Of a stretch of DNA of 32,875 nucleotides, positions 1 through 8,378 are shown one piece after another (the stretch's first letter is position 1; every line of letters begins with the position of its first letter). The stretch lies in the NCBI GenBank assembly GCA_036782855.1, contig DAIPYF010000004.1, positions 1 through 32,875 of the forward strand, read 5' to 3'. Position numbers and translations under genes: made by a program. Below the pieces are notes generated by a model that saw nothing but the letters and a program-made list of their open reading frames with translations, searched no databases and had not been told where the DNA came from. This DNA is from Solirubrobacteraceae bacterium. GTDB lineage: Bacteria > Actinomycetota > Thermoleophilia > Solirubrobacterales > Solirubrobacteraceae.

Positions 1-967
1 CGATGTAGCTGTGGCCGGTGATCCAGCCGACGTCGGCGCTGCACCAGAAGACGTCGGTCTCCGGCTTGACGTCGAAGACGTGCCGGAACGACCAGGTCAC
101 GCCCGTGAGGTAGCCGCCGGTCGTGTGCTGGATCCCCTTCGGCTTCGCCGTCGAGCCGGACGAGTAGAGGATGAACAGGGGGTGCTCGGCGTCGAGCGGC
201 TCGGCCGGGCACTCCGGGTCGGCGGCCTGCAGCGCCTCGTGCCACCAGACGTCGCGGCCCTCGCGCATCTCGCACGCCTCGCCGGTGTGGCGGACGACCA
301 TGATCGTCTCCAGGTGCGAGAGGTCGCGCATCACGCGGTCGACCTCCGCCTTGACCGGCGCGGTCTTCCCCTTGCGCCGGCCGCCGTCGGCGGTGATCAG
401 CGCGCTCGCGTTGCTGAACGCCATCCGCTCGTGCACCGACTCCGCGCTGAAGCCGCCGAAGACGACGTTGTGCGGCGCGCCGATGCGCGTGCACGCGAGC
501 ATCGCGACGACGACCTCGGGAATCATCGGCAGGTAGATCCCGACGACGTCGCCGGGGCCGATCCCGCGCGCCTTCAGCGCGTTGGCGCAGCGCTGGACGT
601 CGGCGAGCAGTTCCGCGTAGGTGATCGCGCGCGACTCGCCCTCCTCGCCGTGCCAGTGCAGCGCGACGCGGTCGCCGAGGCCGGCGGCGACGTGCCGGTC
701 CAGGCAGTTGTGCGAGACGTTGAGCTTGCCGCCGGAGAACCAGCGGTAGAACGGCGCGTCCTCGTCCTCCAGCGCGTGCTCCCAGGGCTCGAACCAGTCG
801 AGCGCCCGCGCCTGCTCCTCCCACCAGCCCACCGGGTCGCGCTCGGCGGCCTCGTGCACGGAGAGGTCCTTGACCAGCGCGCCCGCGACGAAGTCCTCCG
901 GCGGGTCGAACCACTCGCGCTGCAGCAGCGCCTCGAGCTCGGCTTCCAGCGTGGCGTCATCGGACAT
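1..967 (-). CDS. acs: Acetyl-CoA synthetase (AMP-forming), N-terminal ~322 aa; gene continues past the window start
   Basis: Absent from the ORF track because it is open at the window edge. Minus-strand translation from ATG at 967 gives MSDDATLEAELEALLQREWFDPP...LFILYSSGSTAKPKGIQHTTGGYLTGVTWSFRHVFDVKPETDVFWCSADVGWITGHSYI. It has the acyl-adenylate motif YSSGSTAKPKG and the Acs-typical TGGYL and DVGWITGHSY blocks. AGGA lies about 9 nt upstream of the ATG. Confidence 0.9.
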   Translation of the reverse strand, partial: MSDDATLEAELEALLQREWFDPPEDFVAGALVKDLSVHEAAERDPVGWWEEQARALDWFEPWEHALEDEDAPFYRWFSGGKLNVSHNCLDRHVAAGLGDRVALHWHGEEGESRAITYAELLADVQRCANALKARGIGPGDVVGIYLPMIPEVVVAMLACTRIGAPHNVVFGGFSAESVHERMAFSNASALITADGGRRKGKTAPVKAEVDRVMRDLSHLETIMVVRHTGEACEMREGRDVWWHEALQAADPECPAEPLDAEHPLFILYSSGSTAKPKGIQHTTGGYLTGVTWSFRHVFDVKPETDVFWCSADVGWITGHSYI

Positions 968-984
968 GGGCGGATCCTATGCCG

Positions 985-1638
985 TCAGAGCCACCCCAGT
1001 CCCACACCGAAAACGAGGGCGAGGACGACATTGATCGCCGCAAGGCCGCCCAGGCGCCGCCAACGCGCCCGCTGGTCCGGCGCGTCGTACACCCACGCGG
1101 CGTAGAGGTAGAACCAGAGGTACCCGAAGACGAAGACCAGCGGGACGAACGGTGTGTTCCACCACCAGTAGTCCCAGTGGAAGGTGCCCGTCTCGTGGAG
1201 GAACAGCTCGACGAGCACGCTCAGCAGCGACATGCCGAGCGCCATCGTCAGCCGGTTGGGCATGCCGAGGATCCGGACGCTGCGGTCGGCCGGCAGGAAC
1301 TTCGCGTAGACGATGCCGCCGAGGGCGAACATGAAGGAGATCTCGAGGTTCAGCCCGACGAGGAACTGGTAGGCCGTCGGCCCCGTCGTGGCCCAGAGCG
1401 GGGCGCGGTCGGAGACCTCGAGGATCACCGAGTTGAGGATCTCGTTGAACCAGTCGGCGAGCCAGACGGCGAGGCCCGCGGCGACGATGTCGAGCCGGCC
1501 GCGCTCGACCTCGTTCGCGTAGATCACGAAGACGATCGCGAGCAGCGCGACCGCATACCACTTGAATTGCGTGGGGTCGCGGACGAGCTCCTGGGCCTGG
1601 AGCGTGACGTCGGAGCGGGTGGCGAGAAGGGTCGTCAT
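985..1638 (-). CDS. Integral membrane protein, unknown function
   Basis: 217-aa ORF with ATG at 1638. It has several hydrophobic helices (YAVALLAIVFVIYA, FMFALGGIVYAKF, LGMSLLSVLVELFL, FVPLVFVFGYLWFYLYAAW, LAAINVVLALVFGVGLGW) and normal amino-acid composition, unlike the overlapping shadow ORFs. Its stop is 17 nt upstream of the acs start on the same strand. No family recognised. Confidence 0.7.
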   Translation of the reverse strand: MTTLLATRSDVTLQAQELVRDPTQFKWYAVALLAIVFVIYANEVERGRLDIVAAGLAVWLADWFNEILNSVILEVSDRAPLWATTGPTAYQFLVGLNLEISFMFALGGIVYAKFLPADRSVRILGMPNRLTMALGMSLLSVLVELFLHETGTFHWDYWWWNTPFVPLVFVFGYLWFYLYAAWVYDAPDQRARWRRLGGLAAINVVLALVFGVGLGWL

Positions 1639-1704
1639 GGCGCGCGAACGCTATGGCCCCGATCCGGCGCGTGTATCCGGGGAAGGCCGTAGGAGTGCGC
1701 GCGG

Positions 1705-2628
1705 CTACTTCTTGCGCTTCTTGCGCCGCTGCCCCTGCGTGAGGCCGTCCGTCGGCGACGGGAGCGTCGGGGCGGGGGTCTCCGGCGCGGGGGCGGGGCC
1801 GCCGCGGGCGGCCGCGCGGGCGTCGCGCGCCTCGCGGGCGCTCGGCCACGGCTCCGCCTCTCCGGACGTCCAGGCGGGAACCGGGCTCGGCCAGCGACCG
1901 GCGATGAGGAAGCCGACGGCGCCCAGCCAGAACGCGCGGATGATGCCCTGCTGGTCGAGCGGCAGGACGAAGGTGGCGCCCGCGATCATGCCCAGGATGC
2001 CCATGAACCGGGTGAGCAGCCCGACGCGCATCGCGTGCAGCGCGACGAGGACGAACGCGAAGCCGAGGCTCAGCGAGCCGAGCAGCTGGAGGATCGTCCC
2101 GGCGACGATCGGGCCGGACCCGATCGCGTCGAGGGCGTCGGAGTTCGTGGCGTCGGCCGCGAGGTTGCCGCCCTCGATGACCCGCACGACCCCGACGACG
2201 CCGGTGCCGACGGCGTACGTGACGGCGCCGACGGCGATCGCGATGAGCGCGACCTGCGAGAGCTGCCCGCCGCGCGCGCGGGTGGCGCGGTAGAGGAACG
2301 CGAGCACGACGAAGATGAACAGCGCGCCGAGCGCCGAGAGCAGCGGGCCTGCGGCGTACTCGAGCTGGTTCTCGCCGATGTGGCGCAGCTGCCCGACCGC
2401 GCGGCCGGCGGGGATCGCGGTCCCGGCGGCCAGGTCGCCGAGCGCGTCGTTGATCGTGACGACCTGGTTCTCGAGGTCCGGGAGCTTTCCGAACGCGATC
2501 CCGCTGATGACCGCCCCGGCGAGCGTGAGGATCGCGGCGAGCCACGCGGAGACGGCTGCGCGCATGCGCGTCGCGCCCTCCTGGGCGAGCGTCTCCTGCG
2601 GCGGGGCGGGGATGATCGGTGCGGCCAT
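1705..2628 (-). CDS. Multi-pass membrane protein with Pro/Ala-rich, Lys/Arg-terminated C-terminal tail
   Basis: Track ORF 1705..3045 trimmed to the in-frame ATG at 2628 (MAAPIIPAPPQETL...). The upstream 139 codons are Arg/Ser-rich and overlap the CBS gene on the opposite strand. The remaining 307 aa have about 6 hydrophobic segments and end ...TDGLTQGQRRKKRKK. No family recognised. Confidence 0.65.
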   Translation of the reverse strand: MAAPIIPAPPQETLAQEGATRMRAAVSAWLAAILTLAGAVISGIAFGKLPDLENQVVTINDALGDLAAGTAIPAGRAVGQLRHIGENQLEYAAGPLLSALGALFIFVVLAFLYRATRARGGQLSQVALIAIAVGAVTYAVGTGVVGVVRVIEGGNLAADATNSDALDAIGSGPIVAGTILQLLGSLSLGFAFVLVALHAMRVGLLTRFMGILGMIAGATFVLPLDQQGIIRAFWLGAVGFLIAGRWPSPVPAWTSGEAEPWPSAREARDARAAARGGPAPAPETPAPTLPSPTDGLTQGQRRKKRKK

Positions 2629-2683
2629 CGGAGCGGGGAGTCTAGGGAGCGCCGCGTCCGGGAGCGGGTAGCATCGCCGAACG

Positions 2684-3133
2684 ATGGTGATCCGCGACAT
2701 CATGACCCGGACCGTCGTCACGGCGGCGACCCACACGTCCGTGCGCGAGGTCGCCGAGATCATGCGCGAGCGCAACGTCGGCGGCGTCGTGCTCTGCGCC
2801 GAGGACGGGGCGCCGGTGGCGTTCATCACCGACCGGGACGTCGCGGTGAGCGTCGTCGCCGCCGGGCGTGACGCGCTGGCCGCCGCGGGCGAGCACGCGT
2901 CGTCACCGGTGGTGACCGGCGAGCCCGACATGGACCTCCGCGAGGCGGCGACGCTGATGGCCCGCTTCGGGATCCGCCGGCTCCCCGTCCTCGAGGACGG
3001 ACGCCTCGCCGGGATCGTCACGCTCGACGACATCGCCGTGCGCACCGCGGATCCCGAGCTTCAGAGCCACCTCACCGCGACGATCACGCGCAGCGCGCTG
3101 CCGGAGTTCTACTTCCATCAGCGGGGCGGCTAG
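2684..3133 (+). CDS. CBS-domain pair protein
   Basis: 149 aa. It has two CBS-like repeats: IMTRTVVTAATHTSVREVAEIMRERNVGGVVLCAEDGAPVAFITDRDV and SPVVTGEPDMDLREAATLMARFGIRRLPVLEDGRLAGIVTLDDI. ATG at 2684. Confidence 0.85.
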   Translation: MVIRDIMTRTVVTAATHTSVREVAEIMRERNVGGVVLCAEDGAPVAFITDRDVAVSVVAAGRDALAAAGEHASSPVVTGEPDMDLREAATLMARFGIRRLPVLEDGRLAGIVTLDDIAVRTADPELQSHLTATITRSALPEFYFHQRGG

Positions 3134-3244
3134 CACCGACCCCCGGCGCTCCGAGGAAGGGGCCTCGGGCAGCGTGGCGAACCCCGTTTCGTCGAGGGCC
3201 GCGGAACGCTCGTCGCCGAGCCGCGGGGCCCGACACCCGGGAAC

Positions 3245-3943
3245 ATGCGCGTCGCCACCGGTATCACCGCAGCCCTGCTCGTCGCCGCGTTTCCCGCCGG
3301 GGCGCCTGCGCGCACGGACGCTCCGACGCCGAAGACCGCGCGCGCGTTCACGGCCGCCCACGGGCGCACGCTGAGCCTCGGGGTCCGCGGCAGGGACGTG
3401 CGCCGGCTCCGCCGCGACCTCGTCCGGCTCGGGTACCTGCCGCCGCGCGCGTTCGGACCGACCTACGACGAGCGCGTCATGCACGCCGTCACCGCGCTCC
3501 AGAAGTGGGAGAACCTTCCTCGTGACGGCACCTTCGGCACGAGCGCACGCCGCGCGATCAGGCGTCTGCGCATGCCGCGCCCCGAGCTGCAGCTCAACCG
3601 GAGGCTGCGCGCCGAGGTGCTGCTCGACCGGCAGCTGCTGCTGATCATCCACGGCGATCACGTGATCCGCGCGGTGCCGATCTCGAGCGGCGTGGGCGGC
3701 GGCACTCCGGCCGGCACGTACAGCGTCTCCTCCAAGTCGCCGAACAGCTGGTCCAAGCGCTTCAAGGTGTGGCTGCCGTGGGCGAGCTACTTCAACGCCG
3801 GGATCGCCTTCCACGGCTACCCGGACGTCCCGGTGACCGCGGCCTCGCACGGCTGCGTTCGCGTGCCGCTGAAGTTCGCGCGCGAGATCTACCGGCAGCT
3901 GCCGGTCGGCACCCGCGTCGACGTGATCACGACGAGCTTCTAG
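3245..3943 (+). CDS. Secreted L,D-transpeptidase (YkuD domain) with N-terminal peptidoglycan-binding domain
   Basis: 232 aa. Signal-like N-terminus MRVATGITAALLVAAFPAGAPA. PG_binding_1-like segment RRLRRDLVRLGYLP...VTALQKWENLPRDGTFG. YkuD catalytic motif FHGYPDVPVTAASHGCVRVP. Confidence 0.85.
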   Translation: MRVATGITAALLVAAFPAGAPARTDAPTPKTARAFTAAHGRTLSLGVRGRDVRRLRRDLVRLGYLPPRAFGPTYDERVMHAVTALQKWENLPRDGTFGTSARRAIRRLRMPRPELQLNRRLRAEVLLDRQLLLIIHGDHVIRAVPISSGVGGGTPAGTYSVSSKSPNSWSKRFKVWLPWASYFNAGIAFHGYPDVPVTAASHGCVRVPLKFAREIYRQLPVGTRVDVITTSF

Positions 3944-4680
3944 ACCGCGCCGCGCACCGCGCCCACGACGTCGCCGTCGACGGCGCGCCGCGCACCGGGA
4001 ACCAGCTCCGCCAGCGCGTCGGCGGCCTCAACCGTCGCCGGGGACGATCCCGGGCCGGTGACGACGACCAGGGGCTGGGTGATCGCGCGCAGGGCGCCGC
4101 GGGTGACGGGCAGCGTCGCGAGCCCGGCGACGTCGGCGTAGAACGCGGCGTGCGCCGTCTCGGCCCGTTCGCGGTCCGCCTCACCCACGCGCCCGCCGAG
4201 ATGCCGGGCGACGCCCGCTCGCGGCCCGCCCTCGGCGACCGCGATCCGCAGGCCCTCCTGCCAGTCCGACAGCTCGCGCGCGGCGTCGGGCGCCAGCGCG
4301 TACAGGGGAGGGTCGACGAGGACGGCGGCGCGCGCGAGCTCGCCGTGACGCAGCAGCAGGTCGAGCGCGATCAGCGCGCCGAAGCCCTCACCCGCGACGA
4401 GCGCACCCGTCGCGTCCAGCCCGCGCAGCACCGCGGCGGCATCCTCGGCCTGCTCCGCCACGGTCGTCCCCAGATACGGCTCCGGCGCATCGCTCCCGTC
4501 ATACCCGCGTCGCGAGTACGTGATCACGCGCGCGCCGGCGCCCGCCGCCGCGATCTCCATCGCCGGCGACGCGAGCGCGATGTGGTCGCTCGCGAGCCCG
4601 TGGATGAGCAGGACCGGTGGGCCCGCCCCATGCTCCGCATACGCCAGGTCGACGCCCGCTCCGGTGACGATCGGGGACAC
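3940..4680 (-). CDS. Alpha/beta-hydrolase-fold protein (catalytic Ser apparently absent)
   Basis: Track ORF 3940..5337 trimmed to the in-frame GTG at 4680 (VSPIVTGAGVDLAYAEHGAGPPVLLIHGL...). Upstream codons are Arg-rich and overlap other genes. The typical HG oxyanion region is present, but the nucleophile elbow reads GEGFG instead of GxSxG. The start is uncertain because no SD is visible. Confidence 0.7.
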   Translation of the reverse strand: MSPIVTGAGVDLAYAEHGAGPPVLLIHGLASDHIALASPAMEIAAAGAGARVITYSRRGYDGSDAPEPYLGTTVAEQAEDAAAVLRGLDATGALVAGEGFGALIALDLLLRHGELARAAVLVDPPLYALAPDAARELSDWQEGLRIAVAEGGPRAGVARHLGGRVGEADRERAETAHAAFYADVAGLATLPVTRGALRAITQPLVVVTGPGSSPATVEAADALAELVPGARRAVDGDVVGAVRGAV

Positions 4681-4695
4681 GGGTACGATTGAAGC

Positions 4696-4971
4696 ATGGA
4701 AGGCATGGGCGGTTTCGGAGATCTGTTCGGCGACCCGGACGAGCTGCAGAAGCGGATGGCGGAGTTCGCCGAGCAGCTGCAGGGCCAGCAGTCGCTGGCG
4801 TGGGCGGACAACGCGATCAAGCTCGCGGTCGACATGACGGTGGCGGCGATCAACCGCGTCAACGTCCAGGGGACCACGAACGAGCAGGCGGAGCAGATCC
4901 GCGCCGTGATGGCCACGGTCTTCCCGGAGGCCGTGACGCTCGTGCGCGAAGCCCGCCAGGGCCTGCGCTAG
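4696..4971 (+). CDS. Small conserved-looking protein, possibly YbaB/EbfC-like nucleoid-associated protein
   Basis: 91 aa with very high third-position GC throughout and normal composition. The N-terminus MEGMGGFGDLFGDPDELQKRMAEFAEQLQ, followed by IKLAVDMTVAAINRVNVQG...QIRAVMATVF, resembles the YbaB layout (Gly-rich start, coiled helix, then beta segment). The family assignment is by eye only. Confidence 0.55.
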   Translation: MEGMGGFGDLFGDPDELQKRMAEFAEQLQGQQSLAWADNAIKLAVDMTVAAINRVNVQGTTNEQAEQIRAVMATVFPEAVTLVREARQGLR

Positions 4972-5993
4972 CGCGGCGCGGCGCGGTCGGCGGCGCGATG
5001 CGCCCTGCCCGCGGCGGCGACGTCGCCGAACGACCGGAATCCGAAGATGAAGAACAGCGCTCCGAAGCCGATGCCGAGGGAGACCACGGCGATCGCGATC
5101 TGCTGTCCGACCGAGTAGGCGGCGACGGTCGCACCCGCCGCGGTCCCGGCGAAGACCTTCACGAGCAGCGCCTGCTGGACCCCGGCACCGCCCGGCGTGA
5201 ACGGCACGAGCGCCGCGACCGCGTTGATCCCGAGCACGAGCAGGACGTTGCGCACGGACCCGCCGACGCCGAACGCGTCGAGCAGCAGCCAGAAGGCCGT
5301 GCAGCGCAGCAGCCAGCCGGCGAACTGCACGAGCCACACCTCGCGCACGTAGCGCGGGCGGTCGAACAGCACGGTCAGGCCCTGCCGCACGTTGAGCCAG
5401 AACGCGACGACGCGCCGTGAGAGGAACGCGAACAGGGCGAGGATGAGAACGGCGAGCCCGGTGACGACGAACAGTGTCAGCTGCGGGTTGGAGGCGAAGA
5501 ACGACAGGTCGAACGCATCGAGGTCCGAGAAGTCCGGGGGCTTGGGGAAGACGCCCTGGCTGAACGCGAACAGCAGGACCGGGATCGCCATCGTCAGGTC
5601 GAAGATCTGCTCGACGCCGAATGCCGCCACGACCGCCGGGTAGCGTGAGTTCGGGACGGACGTCTTGACGAGGAACAGCTTGATCACGTCGCCGCCGCGT
5701 GCCGGGACGACGTTGTTGAACCCGTACGCGGCGATGTAGGCGCCCCAGATCAGGCGGTAGGGGATGCGTTCGTCGGGGTAGGCGGCGCGCAGCGTGTTGT
5801 GCAGGGCCTTCGCGCGCAGCGACAGGTAGCCGACGAACGCGACCATCCCGAGCAGCAGCGGGACGAGGCTGACCGACGCGAGGCTGTCGAAGAAGCTTCC
5901 GACCGCGTCGAAGAAGTTCCCCGCGCCGTCAAGGATCGAGGCGAGCGCCACGGGGGCGAGGGTATAGCGCCCGCCCGGCCGCGCCCGCGACAC
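4968..5993 (-). CDS. Flippase-like / lysylphosphatidylglycerol-synthase-TM (UPF0104) family membrane protein
   Basis: Track ORF 4968..7271 trimmed to GTG at 5993 (VSRARPGGRYTLAPVALASILD...); an alternative GTG lies at 5951. The upstream part is antisense to purT. It has multiple TM helices and family-type motifs NVVPARGGDVIKL and VPFTPGGAGVQQA. Confidence 0.8.
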   Translation of the reverse strand: MSRARPGGRYTLAPVALASILDGAGNFFDAVGSFFDSLASVSLVPLLLGMVAFVGYLSLRAKALHNTLRAAYPDERIPYRLIWGAYIAAYGFNNVVPARGGDVIKLFLVKTSVPNSRYPAVVAAFGVEQIFDLTMAIPVLLFAFSQGVFPKPPDFSDLDAFDLSFFASNPQLTLFVVTGLAVLILALFAFLSRRVVAFWLNVRQGLTVLFDRPRYVREVWLVQFAGWLLRCTAFWLLLDAFGVGGSVRNVLLVLGINAVAALVPFTPGGAGVQQALLVKVFAGTAAGATVAAYSVGQQIAIAVVSLGIGFGALFFIFGFRSFGDVAAAGRAHRAADRAAPR

Positions 5994-6014
5994 CGTGGGT
6001 AGGCTGCCCGGCTC

Positions 6015-7226
6015 ATGGGAATCGTGATCGGAACGCCGGAAACCCCTGGCGCCGTGCGGCTCGTCCTCCTCGGCTCGGGTGAGCTGGGGCGTGAGGTCGT
6101 CCTGGAGGCCAAGCGGCTGGGCTGCGAGGTCGTCGCGGTCGACCGCTACGCGGGAGCGCCGGGGATGCAGGTCGCGGATCGCGCGGCCGTCGTCGACATG
6201 GCCGATCCGGCGGCCCTGCGCGCCCTGCTGGAGGAGGAGCGCGCGCGGCCGTGCGCCGAGCTGCTCGTCGTCCCCGAGATCGAGGCGATCGCCACGCCGG
6301 TCCTCGAGGAGCTGGAGGCGGACGGGCTGCGCGTCGTGCCGACGGCGCGCGCAGCGCGGCTGACGATGGACCGCGAGGGGATCCGCCGGCTCGCGGCGGA
6401 GGAGCTCGGCCTGCCGACGTCGCCCTATCGCTTCTGCGACAGCCTCGACGAGCTGCGCACCGCCGTCGCCGAGCTCGGGACGCCGTGCGTCGTCAAGCCC
6501 GTCATGTCCTCCAGCGGCAAGGGCCAGTCGGTGGTCCGCGCACCGGAGGATGCCGCGACGTCCTGGGAGTACGCGCAGACGGGCGGGCGCACCGGCGCGG
6601 GCCGCGTCATCGCCGAGGGCTTCGTCGACTTCGACTACGAGATCACGCTCCTGACCGTGCGCCACGCGGGCGGCACGTCGTTCTGCGCGCCGATCGGGCA
6701 CGTGCAGGTGGACGGCGACTACCGCGAGAGCTGGCAGCCGCAGCCGATGTCGGACGCCGCGCGGGCGCGCGCCGCCGAGATCGCCGCCGCCGTGACCGGC
6801 GCGCTCGGCGGCACCGGGATCTTCGGGGTGGAGCTGTTCATCCGCGGCGACGAGGTGCTCTTCAGCGAGGTCTCGCCGCGCCCGCACGACACGGGCATGG
6901 TCACGATGGCGACGCAGGCGCTGAGCGAGTTCGCGCTGCACGTGCGCGCCGTCCTGGGGTTGCCCGTGCCCGCGGGTGAGGTCCCGCTGCTGGCGCCGGG
7001 GGCGAGCGCCGTCGTGCTCGCGGACGGACCCGGGGACGCGCCGTCGTACAGCGGCCTTGCGGAGGCGCTGGCCGTCGGCGACGACGTGCAGGTGCGCCTG
7101 TTCGGCAAGCCCGACGCGCGGCCGGGCCGGCGGATGGGCGTCGCGCTCGCCGCGGGCGCGGACCTGGACGGCGCGCGCGACCGCGCCCGCCGGGCCGCCG
7201 CCGCGGTCCGCGTGCACGCGGACTGA
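6015..7226 (+). CDS. purT: Formate-dependent phosphoribosylglycinamide formyltransferase (GAR transformylase 2)
   Basis: 403 aa ATP-grasp protein: [76 protein letters not shown], and RMGVALA near the C-terminus. This is the typical PurT layout. Confidence 0.92.
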   Translation: MGIVIGTPETPGAVRLVLLGSGELGREVVLEAKRLGCEVVAVDRYAGAPGMQVADRAAVVDMADPAALRALLEEERARPCAELLVVPEIEAIATPVLEELEADGLRVVPTARAARLTMDREGIRRLAAEELGLPTSPYRFCDSLDELRTAVAELGTPCVVKPVMSSSGKGQSVVRAPEDAATSWEYAQTGGRTGAGRVIAEGFVDFDYEITLLTVRHAGGTSFCAPIGHVQVDGDYRESWQPQPMSDAARARAAEIAAAVTGALGGTGIFGVELFIRGDEVLFSEVSPRPHDTGMVTMATQALSEFALHVRAVLGLPVPAGEVPLLAPGASAVVLADGPGDAPSYSGLAEALAVGDDVQVRLFGKPDARPGRRMGVALAAGADLDGARDRARRAAAAVRVHAD

Positions 7227-7238
7227 GGCGCCGGGCGC

Positions 7239-8378
7239 GTGCACGGTCAGGACCGCGACCCCGTCGTCCACCGCCGGCGCCCCGTCTGGCCCGAGCCGCC
7301 GGCCGTCGACGAGACCGAGCGCGCGCGGCTGGAGGCCCTGGCCGAGGCCGAGCTGGAGGAGCGCGAGCGCGGTGCCCCGCGGCGCACGGTCCGCCAGATC
7401 GTCCGCATCACGCTGCTGCTGACGCTCGTCCTGCTGACGCTCTACGTCCTGGGCCCGGGGCTCGTCGAGGTGCTGTCGTCGGCGCCGCGCCTGCGCGAGA
7501 TCGGCTGGTGGTGGTTCCCGCTGATGCTCGGGCTCGAGGTCGGGAGCTTCGCGTGCCTGTGGCTCGTGATGTGGGTCGCGATCCGGCGCGCGAGCCTGTG
7601 GCAGATCGCGACCTCACAGCTCTCGAGCAACGCGTTCGGGCGCGTCGTCCCGGGCGGCGGGGCGGCGGCGGGCGCCCTGCAGTACCGGATGCTGGTCGAC
7701 TCCGGCGCGCCGCGCGGCGCGACCGCGACCGGCCTGACGGCGGCGAACCTGCTGACGTTCGGCGTCCTGCTCGGCCTGCCGCTGCTCGCGGTCCCGGCGA
7801 TCCTCGAGGGCCGCGTCGACGAGGGGATCCGCTCGGTGCTCGTGTGGGCGGCCATGATCCTGCTCGCGCTCGTCGCCGGCGGCATCGTCCTCGTCGTCAC
7901 CGACCGCCCCCTGCGCCGCATCGGCGCGATCGTCCAGCGCGTGCGCAACCGGCTGCGCCCGAGCCGCCCCCCGCTGACCGGCCTGCCCGCGCGGCTCGTG
8001 GAGGAGCGGGACCTGATCGTGCGCGTCGTCGGGGCACGCTGGCAGCTCGCCCTGGCGGGCTCGCTGGGGAAGGCGCTCCTGGACTTTGCCGTGCTCGCGG
8101 TGGCGCTGCAGGCCGTCGGCGCGGACGCGCCGCTCTCGCTCGTGCTGCTGGCGTACTTCACCGCGCAGCTGCTCGCCCAGGTCCCGATCACGCCGGGCGG
8201 GCTGGGCTTCGTGGAGGCGGGCCTGACCGGTTCGCTGGCGATCGCCGGGGTGGCGGGCGGCGACGCGGTGCTCGCGACGCTCGCCTATCGCCTGTTCTCG
8301 TACTGGCTGCCGATCCCGTTCGGGGGCCTCAGCTGGTGGCTCTTCCGTCGCCGGCACCCGGCCGGCGGTCAGGGCTGA
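7239..8378 (+). CDS. Second flippase-like / UPF0104 family membrane protein (paralogue of 4968..5993)
   Basis: 379 aa with a GTG start at 7239 and high third-position GC from the first codon. It has a charged N-terminal region, then TM helices. Family motifs are NAFGRVVPGGGAAAGALQYRML and VPITPGGLGFVEAGL. Confidence 0.8.
   Translation: MHGQDRDPVVHRRRPVWPEPPAVDETERARLEALAEAELEERERGAPRRTVRQIVRITLLLTLVLLTLYVLGPGLVEVLSSAPRLREIGWWWFPLMLGLEVGSFACLWLVMWVAIRRASLWQIATSQLSSNAFGRVVPGGGAAAGALQYRMLVDSGAPRGATATGLTAANLLTFGVLLGLPLLAVPAILEGRVDEGIRSVLVWAAMILLALVAGGIVLVVTDRPLRRIGAIVQRVRNRLRPSRPPLTGLPARLVEERDLIVRVVGARWQLALAGSLGKALLDFAVLAVALQAVGADAPLSLVLLAYFTAQLLAQVPITPGGLGFVEAGLTGSLAIAGVAGGDAVLATLAYRLFSYWLPIPFGGLSWWLFRRRHPAGGQG

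Noticed and set aside
977-2545. Long ORFs in the track with Arg/Pro/Gly/Ala-dominated translations. Examples are 11..1105+, 977..2545-, 2903..3850-, 7508..9418+, 12694..14256-, 15372..17054+, 17033..18211-, 19806..21446-, 19847..21691+, 22831..24489-, 24679..26604+, 26141..27667-, 26899..28113+, 28816..30471+ and 30938..32812-.
   Set aside because: They are out-of-frame or antisense shadows of genes with clear family motifs. Their composition (runs of R, P, G, A, few K/I/F/Y/N) is the typical artefact of high-GC DNA lacking stop codons. None shows a recognisable motif.
3151-3168. Hairpin CCGAGG-aagggg-CCTCGG after the first CBS gene as a terminator
   Set aside because: The stem is only 6 bp and has no U-tract. 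The next gene is on the same strand ~80 nt downstream. The evidence is too weak to list as a feature.
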